In this document: piece after piece, positions 59,676 through 64,000 of the stretch
How positions within the stretch are numbered: the first letter of the stretch is position 1
Layout: each line of letters opens with the position of its first letter
Origin: Chitinophaga pinensis
GTDB taxonomy: Bacteria; Bacteroidota; Bacteroidia; NS11-12g; UBA955
Assembly (NCBI GenBank): GCA_945865625.1
Contig: CAMBFD010000001.1
Coordinates: 34,559-98,558, forward strand
Length of the DNA: 64,000 bases
Direction: 5' to 3'
Notes under the pieces: generated by a model
Databases searched by the model: none
The model's input: only the letters and a program-made list of their open reading frames with translations
Told to the model about the DNA's origin: nothing
Position numbers and translations under genes: made by a program

Positions 59676-61523
59676 ATGTTGTTGAACATTGGACATATCG
59701 CTTCTCTCTTTTGCGCCTTCGGCGACACCGTGCAAAATTTGCCTGTCGATACCGTCTATATCCAAGCTCAACGCATTGAATTTTGTCAGTTGGGACGCGT
59801 GAAACTCGATTTTCAAAATTCAACATCCCCACAAACCCTTCAAAATAACCTCGCTGCAAATGCAGTTTTTTTCAAGCAATACGGGGTTTCTGGGTCGTCT
59901 ACAATTTCTAGACGAGGGGCCGATGCCGCCCAAACGCAGGTGTTATGGAATGGACTGCCCGTGAACAACCCTATGCTCGGGATGGCAGATTTTAACAACC
60001 TCACTGCCTTTGGTTTGCAAGAAGTCTTTCTCATTGAAGGTGGGAATGCCGCACTTTTAGGTTCAGGCAGTGTGGGTGGAACCGTGTTTTTAAGAAATAA
60101 AGTAAAATATGGTGAAGGATTCAACGCCAATCTAACTTCGCAGTACGGCCAATTTGGCAATCTTTCACTGGGTTTAAATTTAATTCAATCTGCTAAAAAT
60201 CATTATTTTCAATTTACGTTTGGACAACTAAACTATCAAAATAAATTTACCTTTTTTGATGTTCTCAATCAAGAAAATAAAATTGCGCAAAATGCAAATC
60301 TTTTTCAAACAATTGGTAGGGTCGTTTATGGATTTAAGCAGGGTAACCACGACTTAAAATTGGTGGTTGAGTATGCAAATAATGAACGTGGACTTGGACA
60401 AAAGGCGGGTGGAAATCAATTGAATGGCTTACAAAAGGATTTAAACTTACGCAGTGTTTTAGAGCATCAATACAATCAAGGAAAGTATTTATGGGTGAAT
60501 CGATTAGGTTTTGTGAGAGACCAAATTAAATATTACGAAGATATTTTGAATGCCGATTCAAGTGTTGCAAGTACGCCTTATTTTCAAACTGAATTTTATA
60601 AAAATATTGGTGCTTTCAGGTGGCTCATTGGTTTCGACGCACAACAGCAAAGAGCGTTTTCAGTGAATTACATTCAAGTGAACCCAAGTCGATTCTACGC
60701 TGCTTCGTTTGCTTCGGTGACGTTTAAACTGAAACAAGCCGATTTTAATTTGAATGCACGGCATGAATTTTACGAAAATATTCCAACTTTTGGAATTTCA
60801 TCGGTGGTGCCAGTTAAAAAGTGGTTTCAAATTAAATCGAACATTCATTCAACTTTTAGAAGACCAACCTTAAACGATTTATTCTGGAGAACAAACGCTA
60901 CAGAAATTGCAAAATCTGAAAAAGGATGGGGAGTAGAACTCGGATTGTTGAAAAACATTCAATCTACTTTTGTTGATGCAACGTTTGAATTAACATCGTA
61001 TTACAGGGAATTAAAAGATCCAATTATTTGGATTCCGAATGGGGTTTCTTGGATTGCAACAAATTTTCACAATGGCCAATATGCTGGGATCCAATTTAAT
61101 GGGAAGGTGTCTAAAGGGTATCACAATCAAAAAATAGCATTCAATTTTGGTGGAGAATGGGTGAACTCTCACGTAAAAAAAGGCATTGAACAGCCGGGGT
61201 ATGCGCAAATTTTCATTCCCGATTTTATGGGGTTTGTGGGTGTGATTTTAGATCGTAAATTGTTATCGTACAAAATAGATATTCAGCACACCGGCAATCG
61301 ATACATTCAAACCGACAACTTGGCTTGGATGCCTGGATATAGAATTGTGAATTGCCAAGTTTCAATGAAGCAGTGGCAGTTTACGTCCCTCAAAAATCAC
61401 AAAAAAGTAAAATGTGAAGCTTCTGTTGAATGCCGAAATATGCTCAATACAAATTACCAAAATATGCCGAGTAGACCCATGCCAGGAAGGTCGTTTTGGC
61501 TGAATTTAAACATCTTAATATAA
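59676..61523 (+). CDS. btuB: TonB-dependent receptor, probable cobalamin transporter BtuB
   Basis: DTVYI TonB-box-like; plug RGADAAQTQVLWNG, GSGSVGG; FRRPTLNDL; N..NTNY...PMPGR C-terminus; sits under a B12 riboswitch. Start uncertain (59625 or 59676). Confidence 0.85.
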   Translation: MLLNIGHIASLFCAFGDTVQNLPVDTVYIQAQRIEFCQLGRVKLDFQNSTSPQTLQNNLAANAVFFKQYGVSGSSTISRRGADAAQTQVLWNGLPVNNPMLGMADFNNLTAFGLQEVFLIEGGNAALLGSGSVGGTVFLRNKVKYGEGFNANLTSQYGQFGNLSLGLNLIQSAKNHYFQFTFGQLNYQNKFTFFDVLNQENKIAQNANLFQTIGRVVYGFKQGNHDLKLVVEYANNERGLGQKAGGNQLNGLQKDLNLRSVLEHQYNQGKYLWVNRLGFVRDQIKYYEDILNADSSVASTPYFQTEFYKNIGAFRWLIGFDAQQQRAFSVNYIQVNPSRFYAASFASVTFKLKQADFNLNARHEFYENIPTFGISSVVPVKKWFQIKSNIHSTFRRPTLNDLFWRTNATEIAKSEKGWGVELGLLKNIQSTFVDATFELTSYYRELKDPIIWIPNGVSWIATNFHNGQYAGIQFNGKVSKGYHNQKIAFNFGGEWVNSHVKKGIEQPGYAQIFIPDFMGFVGVILDRKLLSYKIDIQHTGNRYIQTDNLAWMPGYRIVNCQVSMKQWQFTSLKNHKKVKCEASVECRNMLNTNYQNMPSRPMPGRSFWLNLNILI

Positions 61524-61532
61524 GTAAAAAAT

Positions 61533-62516
61533 ATGAAAAAAACAAGAATTTTATTGGTGATTGCGTTGATTTTCAGTGCAAAAGCAACTGCCCAAAAAGA
61601 TCCATCGCCCATAAAAGATGGATTCGATTATTTGACCATGATGGGCTTCGATTCAGGGATGGTGCAAACTGGTAAAGTGGGCATTAAAAGTTATATCACC
61701 CAAGGAAATATGTTGATGAATTTTGGTTGGGACACATCCTACAAATATTGGTCGGGGAATTGGGCATTATCGTATGCGCACTACAACAAAGTTGAGGAAA
61801 GCAACATGGATAAACATTTGTTTTCGGCGATTACTGGAACAGGCGCAAGAAATAGTGAAAAAATCTTTGCAATTGGACAAAACAATGCAAAATTGACGTC
61901 TTTAAATGCTAAAATGTTGGGCGTCATGTCGATGGAAATCACCAATTCTACCTATGCTTACAACTCAATGAAATTTGGTGATGCGTTTGCGAAGACATTT
62001 AAAGCTGCCGATAAAGATAGCTTGATTTTAGTGATTACAACATTCATGAAAGGGCAGAAAATGGAATCGAAAAGGGTGGTGTTGGCTGATTTTAGATATT
62101 TAGATACAACCAAGAATTTCCTGTTAGATACTTGGCAAAAAGTGAATTTTATACAATCCAACGACAGTGTAACTTTTGAAATGGTGAGTTCCGACAATGG
62201 CACTTGGGGTATGAACACGCCTGCATTTTTCGCCATGGATAATTTGGAGGTATTGTATGCAGCTGGGGTTGAAAAAACGCAAGTAACTCGCTTAAATGCG
62301 TTTCCTAACCCTGTAAAAAATATTTTGAATTTTAGTACAAATGCAACTTTGAAAAATATAGATATTTTTAATTTTGAGGGACAATTGGTGCGCAAGAACT
62401 CATTTGAATATGGGACTAAAAGTATCGATGTTAGTGATTTGAATTCAGGTATTTACTTTGGACTGCTTACAGATGCATTGGGACAAAAATTTAGCGTTAA
62501 ATTCATCAAAGAATAA
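61533..62516 (+). CDS. DUF4465-like (BtuJ-like) protein with T9SS C-terminal sorting domain
   Basis: Sec signal ending ATA; YWSG, TNSTYAY.SM..GD.F, LADFR, W, SSDNG.WGMNTPAFFAMDN; C-terminal AFPNPV..IDVSDLNSGIYF..KFIKE. Confidence 0.8.
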   Translation: MKKTRILLVIALIFSAKATAQKDPSPIKDGFDYLTMMGFDSGMVQTGKVGIKSYITQGNMLMNFGWDTSYKYWSGNWALSYAHYNKVEESNMDKHLFSAITGTGARNSEKIFAIGQNNAKLTSLNAKMLGVMSMEITNSTYAYNSMKFGDAFAKTFKAADKDSLILVITTFMKGQKMESKRVVLADFRYLDTTKNFLLDTWQKVNFIQSNDSVTFEMVSSDNGTWGMNTPAFFAMDNLEVLYAAGVEKTQVTRLNAFPNPVKNILNFSTNATLKNIDIFNFEGQLVRKNSFEYGTKSIDVSDLNSGIYFGLLTDALGQKFSVKFIKE

Positions 62517-63556
62517 TGAAGTTTAAAGGGTTTGTTGTTGTTGCCTTTTTAGGTGTATTTTTATTATCTTCTTGTATCAAAGATCCAAATTCGAATGGTG
62601 GAGATACGCTGCAATTCAGCTCAACTCAAGTTGGTGTGTTGTGTGAAGGCAATTATATGTGGAATAACGCCCAGTTTGATGTTTACAGTGTAGACTCAAA
62701 TAAATATTATGAAAATGTATTTGAAGCCGCCAATAAAACTCCACTCGGGGATGTGCTTCAAAGTGGTTGCTTTGCTTCAAATTACATTTGGTTGAGCGTG
62801 AACAACAGCGGCAAAATTTTAGCACTCAATCGTAAAACCTTAAAACAACAAAAATACCGAGGTGATTTAAAGTCGCCTCGGTATATTTTACCTGTAAAAA
62901 ATTATGTATTTGTAAGTGATTTGATGGCAAATGCAGTGCTTATGTTAGACAGTTCAACATTGCAAACGGTTCAGGAATTTAAAGTGATGTCGGGCACATC
63001 TGCATCGAATCGTTACGGTTGGACAGAGCAAATGGTCAATTGGAACAATGAAGTTGTGGTTTCTTGCTATGATGGATTTTTAATGTTTATCAATCCCACA
63101 ACAAAAAATAGCTATAAAATGGAAGCTGACACGGGATGTCAGAACTTAATTGTAGATAAGAACAATTCATTGTGGGTTTTATCGTCGGTGAATGGGCTTG
63201 CATCAATTGTTTGTTATGGTAGCAATAAAAAAGAGGTGAAAAGATTTGCATTTCCCGCGGGAGATGGGGTGAGCCGATTGTGTTTATCGCAAAATGGAAC
63301 AGATCTCATGTACATTCACAAAAACAAAGTGATGAAATTGGGCATGACGGCAAATAGTTTAACGGATGCCAGCGTGGTTTACAGTGGCTTACAAACATGC
63401 TATGGACTGGGAATTGATCAGAGAAATGGTTGGATATACATTGCCGATGCAACGGACTATGTAAGTAGGGGTAAAGTCTACATTTTAAATGAAAAGTTTG
63501 AATTTGTAAAATCCATAAGTTCTGGAATCATTCCGAGTGAATTCGTCTTTTTTTAG
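62516..63556 (+). CDS. btuG: YncE-like beta-propeller lipoprotein, BtuG-like
   Basis: Lipobox LSSC; CEGNY, LGDVLQS, VNNSGKI, SPRY, IYIADATDY..RG, GIIP. Confidence 0.75.
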   Translation: MKFKGFVVVAFLGVFLLSSCIKDPNSNGGDTLQFSSTQVGVLCEGNYMWNNAQFDVYSVDSNKYYENVFEAANKTPLGDVLQSGCFASNYIWLSVNNSGKILALNRKTLKQQKYRGDLKSPRYILPVKNYVFVSDLMANAVLMLDSSTLQTVQEFKVMSGTSASNRYGWTEQMVNWNNEVVVSCYDGFLMFINPTTKNSYKMEADTGCQNLIVDKNNSLWVLSSVNGLASIVCYGSNKKEVKRFAFPAGDGVSRLCLSQNGTDLMYIHKNKVMKLGMTANSLTDASVVYSGLQTCYGLGIDQRNGWIYIADATDYVSRGKVYILNEKFEFVKSISSGIIPSEFVFF

Positions 63557-63611
63557 GGATAATTCTCTTGTCATGGAATTGTTGAATACCCAAAATTTGG
63601 GCTAAAAGTGG

Positions 63612-63619
63612 TATCTTTG
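63612..63619 (+). promoter_or_regulatory. Bacteroidota -7 promoter element (TATCTTTG)
   Basis: Exact TAnnTTTG 7 nt before ATG 63627. Confidence 0.6.
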
Positions 63620-63626
63620 CACTTGG

Positions 63627-64000
63627 ATGAAATCTCCATTTAAACTCAAAAAAATAGATGTACTCGTATTGCGTTCCTTTATTGGGCCGTTTTTGGTGAC
63701 ATTTGTTTTGAGTTTGTTTCTGTTCTTGATGCAATTTCTTTGGAAATACATCGACGAACTTGTGGGCAAGGGAATTCCTGCCTTGGTGATGCTGAAACTG
63801 ATTTTCTTGTCTTTGGCAGATTTAGTGCCAATGGCTTTGCCTTTAACCATTATGGTTGCGGGGTTAATGACATTCGGAAATTTGTCGGAAAGTTTCGAAC
63901 TTGTGGCAATGAAGGCCAATGGCATTTCATTGCTTAGAATTTTACGACCAACATTTGTGTTTATGGCATTTTTAATGGTCATGAATTTCTTGTTCTTGAA
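63627..64000 (+). CDS. LptF/LptG family LPS export permease, 5' part (runs off the window)
   Basis: Hand translation: MKSPFKLKKIDVLVLRSFIGPF...MQFLWKYIDELVGKG...PMALPL....GLMTFGNLSESFELVAMKANGISL. Absent from the ORF track because there is no stop in the window. Confidence 0.9.
   Translation, partial: MKSPFKLKKIDVLVLRSFIGPFLVTFVLSLFLFLMQFLWKYIDELVGKGIPALVMLKLIFLSLADLVPMALPLTIMVAGLMTFGNLSESFELVAMKANGISLLRILRPTFVFMAFLMVMNFLFL

Noticed and set aside
63602..63982. 126-aa minus-strand ORF
   Set aside because: Antisense shadow of the LptF/G gene starting at 63627 on the plus strand.

Overview
This is a 64 kb stretch of AT-rich, gene-dense core chromosome from a free-living, aerobic Bacteroidota member. 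The assignment rests on many TAnnTTTG '-7' promoter elements just upstream of start codons, two proteins with type IX secretion (T9SS) C-terminal domains, and Bacteroidota-type gene families. Most of the window is housekeeping: smpB, menD, lpdA, typA, prfC, sucC, lolD-like, recQ, priA, hppD, pepF, rfaD, queG, ruvB, dapA, ligA, slyD, tolC/MFP and a partial lptF/G. Five things stand out. (1) A family of intergenic 7-/8-/9-mer tandem arrays: they form direct repeats around an orphan, GC-richer error-prone dnaE gene, nested inverted repeats around a small DCC-family gene, and a composite 3x25-bp core plus heptamer array between two terminators. (2) A cobalamin riboswitch leads a btuB - DUF4465(T9SS) - btuG operon, in which the putative B12-binding protein looks T9SS-exported rather than lipid-anchored. 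(3) A contiguous fni-hmgR-pmk-mvd-mvk-ubiA mevalonate operon. (4) An isolated alkB. (5) A 39-aa lipoprotein missed by the ORF track. I saw no rRNA, tRNA, cas gene, transposase or integrase. All family calls come from recognising motifs by eye; no searches were run.
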